From an uncultured Desulfatitalea sp. (GTDB lineage: Bacteria > Desulfobacterota > Desulfobacteria > Desulfobacterales > Desulfosarcinaceae), in the NCBI GenBank assembly GCA_963668675.2, contig CAXXMB010000002.1, forward strand, positions 2,848,001 to 2,912,000: a DNA stretch of 64,000 bases, in the 5' to 3' direction. A program made the translations under genes and the position numbers. Each line of letters opens with the position of its first letter. The stretch's first letter is position 1. Under the pieces are notes generated by a model. The model was not told the DNA's origin, did no database searches, and saw only the letters and a program-made list of their open reading frames with translations. Of this stretch, positions 49,873 to 58,601 are shown piece after piece.

Positions 49873-50815
49873 ATACATAGATAAATTACAAGGAACTCTC
49901 AGGTTTGATTTTATCTATTTTAATAAGGCATGGAAATAGCATTAGTTTCGGTTTTGCACAAGTAATTGTTCTATGCTATCCCTTTTGGTTTGATGTAAAA
50001 ATTCAAGAGCAAAGCCTTTGTGGGGGAAGATGAAAGCCTCTCCAACCGTCAAACGCTCAAATACAAAATAAGAAGCATTCAATGCGATCCATTTAAGATT
50101 TACATTTAATATGTATCTAAAAAAAGCCTTAAAAAATAAATAAAATAAGTCATTTTGGAATGAAAATTAAATATTTCAGGTATTTTTCTAAAGCAATCTT
50201 AAGCTTTATTTCATTTTAATTTCTTCAACTATAGCATTTAGCAGTCAAGATAATCTATAAGGGATTTATAATTTTGTTAGCAACACAAGGAATATACTCG
50301 ATAATGGGCAAAACCGTGGATACTTATGCTAAAAAGCCTAAAGGCTATATAGTGTGAGGCGAGAGAAAAACCGCACTGACATAGAAAGCATACCGACAGG
50401 ACAGAAAGCAGAATCGTTTAGTTCAATGATTTAATATAGAGGAACTAATAAATCTGATGGAAAAGCATACAATACAAAATCGACATCTCATGGAAGGAGG
50501 TTTGGACAGGGATAACTGTTATTAGGGATGTTCGAAAAGGTGGTTACAAGTTAAACTATACCACGCGCATAGTCTTCTTTTCGGTGAATGGAAAGATGAG
50601 CATCACTATGTTAGTGTGTGGAAACATTCTATAGACTTATATACTTTCTAATAATTTATGTTTTTGACAATTACGCCGCCATACTAATGGGGTGATCAAG
50701 GTTAGCATAATAATCTTTAAAAAAGGGATAAACAACTCTACCTCATAGTAATTATGCATGTTATAGGCTAATTGTTTTTGCTGAAAATGATTTAAAGAAT
50801 ACTTTCGGGGGGAAT

Positions 50816-51595
50816 ATGGGGTCGCGTTATATAAATACTTATCGAAAAGGTAAGGTAGGATGGATTCAGTTTAACAGAATTGAAAGATTGAACGCCCTCA
50901 ATTCTGACGTGTTTAGAGATATAGAAGCTGCTATCACTGAATATGAAGAAGACGATAAGATCGCCGTTGTTATTATAAAAGGAAACAAAAATGTTTTTGT
51001 CGCCGGCGCCGATATTGATCATTTAGCCAGTATGAACGTAAAAGAAGCATATGCCTTAACAGATTTAAGCTTAAGAGTTCAGGAGAGGTTATCGGATTTA
51101 TCAAAGCCAACGATCGCAGCTATTGCCGGATACGCTCTAGGTGGCGGCTGTGAAATCGCCCTATGCTGTGATTTCAGAATTGCTGCTGAGAACGCTATAT
51201 TCGGCCAGCCTGAAATTAAGCTCGGTCTGATTCCAGGTGGTGGTGGAACTCAGCGTTTGTCAAGATTAGTAGGAATCGGACACGCCACAAGAATTATATT
51301 TTTAGGTGAGATGATAAAAGCAGACGAAGCTGTAAAAATCGGATTGGTAAACAAGGTGGTTTCTATTGACCAATTAGATTCTGAGACAGAAGTCCTTGCC
51401 TCTAAATTGATTCAGATGCCTACCATCGCACTTCGTGCTGCAAAAATCGCTATTCGAAAAGGATTAAACACTTCACTTAAAGACGGACTACAACTAGAGC
51501 AGGACCTATTTGCCATGCTCTTTGGTACAGAAGATCGAAAAGAAGGCCTATTTGCTTTTATGGAAAAACGACAACCAAGCTTTAAAGGTATTTAA
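50816..51595 (+). CDS. Enoyl-CoA hydratase (canonical crotonase)
   Basis: FVAGADI, ALGGGCEIAL and GQPEIKLGLIPGGGGTQRL; both catalytic Glu are present. Confidence 0.94.
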   Translation: MGSRYINTYRKGKVGWIQFNRIERLNALNSDVFRDIEAAITEYEEDDKIAVVIIKGNKNVFVAGADIDHLASMNVKEAYALTDLSLRVQERLSDLSKPTIAAIAGYALGGGCEIALCCDFRIAAENAIFGQPEIKLGLIPGGGGTQRLSRLVGIGHATRIIFLGEMIKADEAVKIGLVNKVVSIDQLDSETEVLASKLIQMPTIALRAAKIAIRKGLNTSLKDGLQLEQDLFAMLFGTEDRKEGLFAFMEKRQPSFKGI

Positions 51596-52192
51596 AAAAT
51601 ATTCCCTATAATAATTTAACACCGTCAGCTTAATTAATTTTTCTAAAATTGAAAACTAGGCATATTTCCTTGATTATTGTTGGAATAATAATGTTAGACA
51701 TATTTACTTTTTACTGGAACTTGCATTTTCGCGCAAACTTTCTACGTTTTCCTTAAACCTTATTCACTTAGCTGGTATCGTATCTTAAGATCTATAACAT
51801 ATTATCGAAAACATTTTGTCATTTTCCAAAAAAATAATCAAAGAATTACATTAGATCTACCAGTTAGTCGATTCAATCTGCTATTCTAATGACTGGATAA
51901 TTGAAAATCATTTCGAACCACTTTCATTATAGATGTCCGGCAAATTATTTCGATATCTTTTTTGTCTATATTTTCTTGATAATGATTAGCGGCTATTTAA
52001 AAAACACATGTCACAAAAATCGTTAGTTTATCCGAAATGATCAATGTTAATGCACTACTTCCAAACCTTTTGGAATTCGGAGCCACTTTCGATAGCTTAT
52101 CATGGCTTTAAAGCAAGAGGATGAGACCCGAGCTCCATTAATCATTTGGGCATTATGGATAATTGCGTATTATTATTCTTAAGGAAATTATA

Positions 52193-52972
52193 ATGAAAAA
52201 TGAATCAATTTTGGTTCAAACGTCTGGTAACCACGTGGCCACCATTGCTTTAAATCGTCCGCAATTTCTTAATACTTTTACAGAAAGTATGGCTGAAAAA
52301 CTTTATAGAGCATTGGTATCTTTAGACAAGGATCCAAATATAAGAGTAATAATAGTTAGAGGAAATGGAAAAGCTTTTTGCGCTGGAATTGACATCACCA
52401 AATTAAAAAAAAATTCCGCCTCGGAATACAAGGAGTTTGGTGAAAAAATAGAACGCCCCTTGATTACAATTTCCGAACTTAAAAAGCCTGTAATAGCGCA
52501 GGTTCATGGCGTCGCAGCCGCAAATGGAATGGGACTTGTTGCGGCCGCGGATCTGGCTATTGCAGCTGATAATGCACGCATGGGCCTCACTGCGATCAAT
52601 GTCGGATTAAACTGTGTGGGACCGGTAATCCCCGTCTCCAAATCTATCGGTAGAAAAAAAACTCTCGAATTGCTTCTGTTTGGCAATTTGATAACTGCGC
52701 AGGAAGCGCTTGAACTTAACCTTATTAACATGGTGAGTCCCGAAAATGATTTGAATGAAACCACTATAGAATGGGCCGAAAAACTAGCCATGAAAAGCCC
52801 AATCGCTCTCCAGATTGCAAAAAGAGCCTTTTATAATTCCGAAGACATGGGCTACAAAAATCAATTCGATTACATGAATGAAAACTTCGCTAGATTATGT
52901 ACAACCTCTGACGCTAATGAAGGAATAAGTGCATTTTTAGAAAAGCGAAAACCTACATGGACCTTGAAATAG
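52193..52972 (+). CDS. Crotonase-superfamily protein lacking the catalytic glutamates
   Basis: LNRP, FCAGID, KPVIAQVHG, AAANGMGLV, GLTAINVG and EGISAFLEKRKP. Confidence 0.88.
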   Translation: MKNESILVQTSGNHVATIALNRPQFLNTFTESMAEKLYRALVSLDKDPNIRVIIVRGNGKAFCAGIDITKLKKNSASEYKEFGEKIERPLITISELKKPVIAQVHGVAAANGMGLVAAADLAIAADNARMGLTAINVGLNCVGPVIPVSKSIGRKKTLELLLFGNLITAQEALELNLINMVSPENDLNETTIEWAEKLAMKSPIALQIAKRAFYNSEDMGYKNQFDYMNENFARLCTTSDANEGISAFLEKRKPTWTLK

Positions 52973-53194
52973 AAATATTTGCGTCATTCTAACCTGTCCA
53001 ATGTATACTGCCGTTTAGTAGTATTATTAGACAGCATATTTAATTAATTGGTAAGCTGAATCCGATAAATTGATTTGTTTTCTTCATAATGGCTAGAAAT
53101 TATGGCGATTATATATCGTTTTAAGATTTATTTTGGGCAGTAATGATATCGGACAAAATATAAGACGTTCGAAGAATGTAAAGGAGAATAAAAG

Positions 53195-53950
53195 ATGGAC
53201 CTTGAGGGGCAGGTAGCAATTGTAACGGGTGGGTCTAGAGGAATCGGCAGAAGCATTTCACTGGCTCTTGCCGAATGCGGGGCAAATGTGGTTATAAATT
53301 ATCGTAAGGATGAAGAATCAGCAAAAAAAATTGCAGGCGAAATTAGAAAGACAGGCAGGAATGTTCTACTGCTTTCTGGTGATGTATCCACCTGGAATGT
53401 TGCCGAAATGTTAATGAAAGAGACTGCCCAGAGATTTGGCAGAATTGATATCCTCGTGAACAATGCCGGAATCGCATCCCGAGGCAGGTTTGTTCAAGTT
53501 ACGGATATTGAAGAATGGAATATTGTCTTGTCAACTAATCTATATTCGGTCTTTAACTGTTCGAAAGCTGTGCTACCTTATATGCGTAGTTCAAAAAAAG
53601 GTAATATTATAAATATTTCTTCTATTTCCGCAAAGCTGCTACAGGCGGGACATGGCCCATATGCCGTGTCCAAGGCTGGTGTTGAAGCTTTAACCAAAGT
53701 ATTAGCAAAAGAGGAAGGGCCTAACGGAATTCGGGTTAATGCGATTGCACCCGGGATTGTTAAAACGGATATGGGTAATCGATTGATGCAAGCAATGGGA
53801 GATGAATTAGTGCAAGTGACACTGGTCAATACGCCTCTTGAGCGGATTGCATATCCGCGCGATATCAGTAATTTAGCAGTATTCTTAGTATCAGATAAAG
53901 CATCCTACATTACAGGTAAAATCATCCATGTGGACGGTGGAACCATTTAG
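53195..53950 (+). CDS. SDR oxidoreductase (FabG-like 3-oxoacyl reductase)
   Basis: TGGSRGIG, NNAG, NISS, YAVSK, NAIAPG and VDGG. Confidence 0.93.
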   Translation: MDLEGQVAIVTGGSRGIGRSISLALAECGANVVINYRKDEESAKKIAGEIRKTGRNVLLLSGDVSTWNVAEMLMKETAQRFGRIDILVNNAGIASRGRFVQVTDIEEWNIVLSTNLYSVFNCSKAVLPYMRSSKKGNIINISSISAKLLQAGHGPYAVSKAGVEALTKVLAKEEGPNGIRVNAIAPGIVKTDMGNRLMQAMGDELVQVTLVNTPLERIAYPRDISNLAVFLVSDKASYITGKIIHVDGGTI

Positions 53951-53970
53951 TTAGTTTTTTACGTACCTAT

Positions 53971-55566
53971 TAGCCTGTAGGAGAATTGACAAGCTTCAAT
54001 TTTCTCTAAAAAATTATAACCTTTGGAATAATAGTAGAATTGAGCTATTTTAATGCTTATGATAAATCAATTTCGCTTTCGACCCTATAATCCGGATCAA
54101 TTAATGTTGTTTGCCCCTGACCTTAAGCAGTGGCTGCCAGAAGATGATCTGGTCTACTTCATTATTGATGTTATTAATGAGCTGGATCTTGAGCCTATTT
54201 ATCGTCAATATAGCCGGGGCAAAGGTGGTCAACCACCGTATCATCCAAAAATGATGGTAGGCCTTTTGCTATATGCCTATTGCTTTGGGCTACCCAGTTC
54301 GCGCAAGATTGAACAGGCCACATATCATTCAATTGCCTTCAGGGTTCTTCCAGCAAATCAACACCCGGATCATGATACGATTGCTGCTTTTCGAAAGCAG
54401 CATCTTCAGCCGTTGTCCAAGTTATTTTTAGCCAGTTTACAATTGTGTCAAAAGGCCGGATTGGTCAACCTGGGCCATGTATCTTTGGACGGTACCAAGG
54501 ACCGTGCCAATGCCTCCCGGCACAAGGCTATGAGCTACCAGCGCACGGACGATAAAATCAGCAAACTGGAAGCACAAGTGCACACGCTGCTCAATGAAGC
54601 TGAAGCCTGTGACCGACATGAGGATACGCTCTACGGTAAAGGCAGGCGCAGGGACCAACTGCCTGAGCAACTTCAGTTTAGAAAATCGCGTCTGGAACGT
54701 ATCCGTGAGGCAAAAAAAGTAATTGAACAAGAGTCTCAAGACAACTTCATAATACAGCAAGAAGAATATAGGAAAAAACTCAAAGCTAAAGAACAGCGCT
54801 CGGACCACCGTGGCCGCCCCCCAAAAGCACCTTCGGGAAAACCTGATCCAAAGCGACAATTTAACTTCACCGATCCGGATTCCAGGATAATGGTTGATGG
54901 CGCAACGAAGAGCTTTCAACAAAGCTACAACTGTCAAGCCGTCGTTGATAACAAAGCCCAGGTAATCTTAGCATCCGGGGTTACCCAGCAGACCAACGAC
55001 AAGTTACAAGTAAAACCGTTGATAAAAACCGTAATGGCCAACGTAGGTAAGGTCCCGGAAAAACTTAGTGCAGATGCCGGTTACTTTAGCGAGGACAACT
55101 GCAGCTATTTACAAACAGAAAAAATTAATGCGTACATTGCGACCGAAAAAACCAATAAACATGCAAATGCCGAGGCACCACGAGGTCGGATATCGAAAAA
55201 TGCTTCTATCACTGAACGCATGACCCGAAAGCTTCAAACGATTAAGGGGCGGTTAGTTTATGCAAAACGCAAACATATTGTCGAGCCGGTTTTCGGCCAA
55301 ATCAAAGAAGCCAGGCAATTTCGACGATTCAGCTTCCGAGGAATAAAAAATGTATCGGCCAAGTGGGATATCGTCTGTTTGACCCATAATTTCTTGAAGC
55401 TGTATCGTAGCGGTTGGCGGCCATTGCCCATATATGATAGCTACACTCGGAAAGATGCACAAAATTGCCTCATAGCAAGTGCATCAAATACGTTTTGATG
55501 TGTGACCGATTTTCAAAGAGCTTTCTGATTTAATGTCGACAGCCTTAACGGTTCTCCGACAAGCTC
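53971..55566 (+). mobile_element. IS1182-family insertion sequence
   Basis: TIRs TAGCCTGTAGGAGAA / TTCTCCGACAAGCTC, flanked by ACCTAT and ATAGGT. Confidence 0.85.
54053..55498 (+). CDS. IS1182-family transposase
   Basis: GQPPYHPKMM, SSRKIE, PDHDTIAAFR, LDGTK, TDPDSRIM, ADAGY and KRKHIVEPVFGQIK. Confidence 0.92.
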   Translation: MLMINQFRFRPYNPDQLMLFAPDLKQWLPEDDLVYFIIDVINELDLEPIYRQYSRGKGGQPPYHPKMMVGLLLYAYCFGLPSSRKIEQATYHSIAFRVLPANQHPDHDTIAAFRKQHLQPLSKLFLASLQLCQKAGLVNLGHVSLDGTKDRANASRHKAMSYQRTDDKISKLEAQVHTLLNEAEACDRHEDTLYGKGRRRDQLPEQLQFRKSRLERIREAKKVIEQESQDNFIIQQEEYRKKLKAKEQRSDHRGRPPKAPSGKPDPKRQFNFTDPDSRIMVDGATKSFQQSYNCQAVVDNKAQVILASGVTQQTNDKLQVKPLIKTVMANVGKVPEKLSADAGYFSEDNCSYLQTEKINAYIATEKTNKHANAEAPRGRISKNASITERMTRKLQTIKGRLVYAKRKHIVEPVFGQIKEARQFRRFSFRGIKNVSAKWDIVCLTHNFLKLYRSGWRPLPIYDSYTRKDAQNCLIASASNTF

Positions 55567-55683
55567 ATAGGTCTGTTTTTTTATAGATTCCTTATAGTGA
55601 AAAGTGCTTCACAAAAGACCAAACAATAAGGAGATTATCGATATTCACTATTAATAAATTTAACAAAAAAGGGGTAAAATGAG

Positions 55684-56820
55684 ATGGGTCCACTGGAGGG
55701 GATAAAAGTTATAGAATTCGGTGGCATCGGAGCCGTGCCATTCTGCGCCCAAATGCTGGCTGATATGGGAGCAAAAATTATACGCATTGAAAGAGAGGGT
55801 GGTCCAATTGCCAGACTAGGTGACCCAAAATTCAATATATGGTTCCGAAATAGAAGTTCAATCTTTATTAATTTCAAAAAGACGGAAAGCAAGGCGGTGA
55901 TCTTTAGATTAATCGAAAGCGCAGATGCTACTATTGAAGGCTTTCGGCCTGGCGTTATGGAAAAATTAGGACTAGGACCGGATGAATGTACTAAGTGCAA
56001 TCCTAGATTAATTTACGGTCGACTAACAGGATATGGGCAGGAAGGCCCTTTATGCATGGCCGCTGGGCATGACATTAACTATTTGGCACTTTCAGGAGGT
56101 CTACACGCGATAGGACACCCGACCAGCCGTCCGGTGCCTCCTTTGAATTTGTTAGCAGACTTAGGAGGCGGAGGACTCATGATGGCATTCGGAATCGTTT
56201 GCGCAATCCTTGAGAGGCAAAGGTCAGGAAAGGGTCAGGTGGTGGACGCTGCCATGCTTGATGGTTGTATCGCAATGCTTGGCGCATTCTATGGGTGGTG
56301 GGCCGGAGGGATATGGCAGGATAAGCGCGGCGTGAATCTTTTAGACAGTGGTGCTCCTTTTTACGATACATACGAAACATCTGATGAAAAATACATCGCC
56401 GTAGGGGCGATCGAACCAGAATATTACAAATCGTTGTTGGAACATGCAGGGGTTCATGATGTTGAGCCCGAAGATCAAATGATAACTGATCAATGGCCGG
56501 CGGTTCGAGAGAAACTATCCAAGGTGTTTAAATCGAAGACACAGGAGGAATGGTGCGTTATTATGAAAGGATTTGAAACATGTTTTGCCCCAGTATTGTC
56601 ATTCAGGCAAGCCATCCAACATCCCCATAATGTTATGCGTAAGTCATTCGTCGATATTGAAGATGTCATACAACCGGCGCCTGTACCGCGGTTTTCACGA
56701 ACCCATCCCGAGATTACCATTCCTCCAAAACAACCTGGTATTGGGGCATTGAAAGGGTTATTGGAATGGGGTATTTCTCCTGATGAGATAACAGCTTGGA
56801 AAAATGCAAACATACTGTAA
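55684..56820 (+). CDS. CaiB/BaiF family III CoA-transferase, alpha-methylacyl-CoA racemase-like
   Basis: LADMGA, EGFRPGVMEKLGLGP, AGHDINYLA, PPLNLLAD, NLLDSGAPFYDTYET and VGAIEP. The His/Asp pair of the AMACR/Mcr subfamily is present. Confidence 0.88.
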   Translation: MGPLEGIKVIEFGGIGAVPFCAQMLADMGAKIIRIEREGGPIARLGDPKFNIWFRNRSSIFINFKKTESKAVIFRLIESADATIEGFRPGVMEKLGLGPDECTKCNPRLIYGRLTGYGQEGPLCMAAGHDINYLALSGGLHAIGHPTSRPVPPLNLLADLGGGGLMMAFGIVCAILERQRSGKGQVVDAAMLDGCIAMLGAFYGWWAGGIWQDKRGVNLLDSGAPFYDTYETSDEKYIAVGAIEPEYYKSLLEHAGVHDVEPEDQMITDQWPAVREKLSKVFKSKTQEEWCVIMKGFETCFAPVLSFRQAIQHPHNVMRKSFVDIEDVIQPAPVPRFSRTHPEITIPPKQPGIGALKGLLEWGISPDEITAWKNANIL

Positions 56821-56822
56821 TA

Positions 56823-58097
56823 CAATTCTGTCCGGTTAAAAATTATTAAAGACTAACTGCCTGTTATTATGTTTAATATTTGCATTTAATAGTGGAGGTT
56901 CAAACAACTCCTTCAGTGAACATCTTCTAAACATATTGAGTTGGATTACTCGTAGTAGGTTTTGCAAACTTACAGATATCTTGGCTATAAACTTAAACAT
57001 GCACAGCAGAAGGTATGCGATCAAAGCAACATAAACCTACGTCATTACAGCACTTTGAGATTCGCCGATGAATGCTTTAATCTTGAGGTTCTGTTTGATC
57101 CAGCGAAAGAATATCTCAATTTGCCAACGCTCTTTGTAGATATCAGCAATTTTTTTAGCTAACAGTTTGAAATTGTTCGTAAGAAATACGTAGTGTTTTT
57201 TTGTTTGAGGATCTCGGTATCCGACTCTGCGCAAAGGATGTGGGCACAAATGACCCTTGGTGCCGGATAGCAAGATGGTTTGATCTGAGCATAGTTCTTG
57301 CTTTTTGTTAACGCCCCTTCGTTGAATCACTTTGTACACGGCGTTGGTCTTTTGCCGGGTAACGAAGAAGATGCCATTTTGCTGTAGTTGGGCGAACCAA
57401 GCATAGTCTGTGTATGCATGATCCTCGGCAACGATGGAGCCTTTTGGAAGTTTGATAGTTGAAGCAACCTTGGATTCATGCTTTTTGCCATCAGTAATCG
57501 AAACAAATGCGGGCAGATAACCGCCGTGATTCATGAGTGTATGGACCTTAGTGGCTGACTTTGTGCGCCGAAATGAGGCCCAGGGAAACGCCCCAAGGCT
57601 CAGGTCAATTACGGGTGCATCAAGACTGTACAGCTCGTTTTGGAATTTGAACTTATATTTCGATGATATCATCCCCGGCAACGTTGGTAGAACTTTTTAA
57701 ATAGCGCTTCGTATAATGAAGCAAGCCGCATGGCATTGGCATCTGCAAAGGTTGACCTGGCTACGGGTTTTGCCCCTAAATGATACAGGTTTTTGAATCT
57801 GGAATTCATAGATTGGATGCCATCACGAAGGCTTGATCTGCCAGTCAGTTGCATGAACATCAAATGAACGAACTGGTTCCATCTGCTAAAATCACGCGCT
57901 TTTCGCCCTGTGCCGTGCTGGTTTTAAAGGGCGTCAAATTGATGTCTCGGAATAAAGTTTAGCATCGAATGAAAGAGTGTGTTATTATGGGCCATGGCTT
58001 GAATCTCCTTTTGATTCTAATGTGTTATCGATAAACCCATTATAACAAAAGAAGAGGTTCAAGCCTATCTTTTTACTTCCTTAACCGGACACTACTG
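56823..58097 (-). mobile_element. IS4-family element with a frameshifted transposase
   Basis: TIRs CAATTCTGTCCGGTTAA / TTAACCGGACACTACTG. 9-bp TSD ACTGTAATA at 56814-56822 and 58098-58106. Fragments QLTGRSSLRD and YKERWQIEIFFRWIKQNLKIK. Confidence 0.92.
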
Positions 58098-58147
58098 ACT
58101 GTAATATTATTAATTTTTTGGAAGCTTGATTACTGCATCGACAAACC

Positions 58148-58255
58148 GCATATGAGAAACTCCATGACGGATTAGCCGATGAATTACTCGCCAGGTTAAA
58201 GAAAACTTCACCCGCCCTTGATGTCGTCTATATTCAAGCGAAGCGTTGGGATAAT
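58148..58255 (+). pseudogene. mrr: Second Mrr relic, internally deleted
   Basis: AYEKLHDGLADELLARLKKTSPA is joined directly to LDVVYIQAKRWDN; the GDxGID segment between them is missing. Confidence 0.7.
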
Positions 58256-58319
58256 CATCCAAAGAGGCGTCTATATGCCATGCAGTTTGCACACGCACCT
58301 CAGACACAAGGCGCAAACA

Positions 58320-58567
58320 GTGGAAACGAGCGAAAACGCCCTATGCATCCAAATTTGGGCAGCATTAATCGCCATGCTGTTGATCAGGTATCTCCAATTC
58401 AAATTCAAGTTCAAGTGGTCACTATGAATATGGTGACCTTCTTAAGGTGGAACCTTTTTACTTACAGAAACTTATGGGAATGGGTCGACGATCCTTTTGA
58501 CGTTCTTCCCATAACGCCTCAACCTGTCATACAGCTACTGCCATTCAAAGGCCTTGGACAGCAGTGA
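58320..58567 (+). mobile_element. 3' relic of a second IS4-family element
   Basis: TSENALCIQIWAALIAMLL, a frameshift, then LRWNLFTYRNLWEW, ending in TIR-like GGACAGCAGTG. Confidence 0.8.
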
Positions 58568-58601
58568 TGATGTATAAATGACAAATTAATCAGGGGGAAG
58601 A

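Noticed and set aside
50300..50360. c-di-GMP-I riboswitch suggested by GGGCAAAACC
   Set aside because: The GNRA-capped stem and the downstream GCAAAGC/P2 elements are not present.
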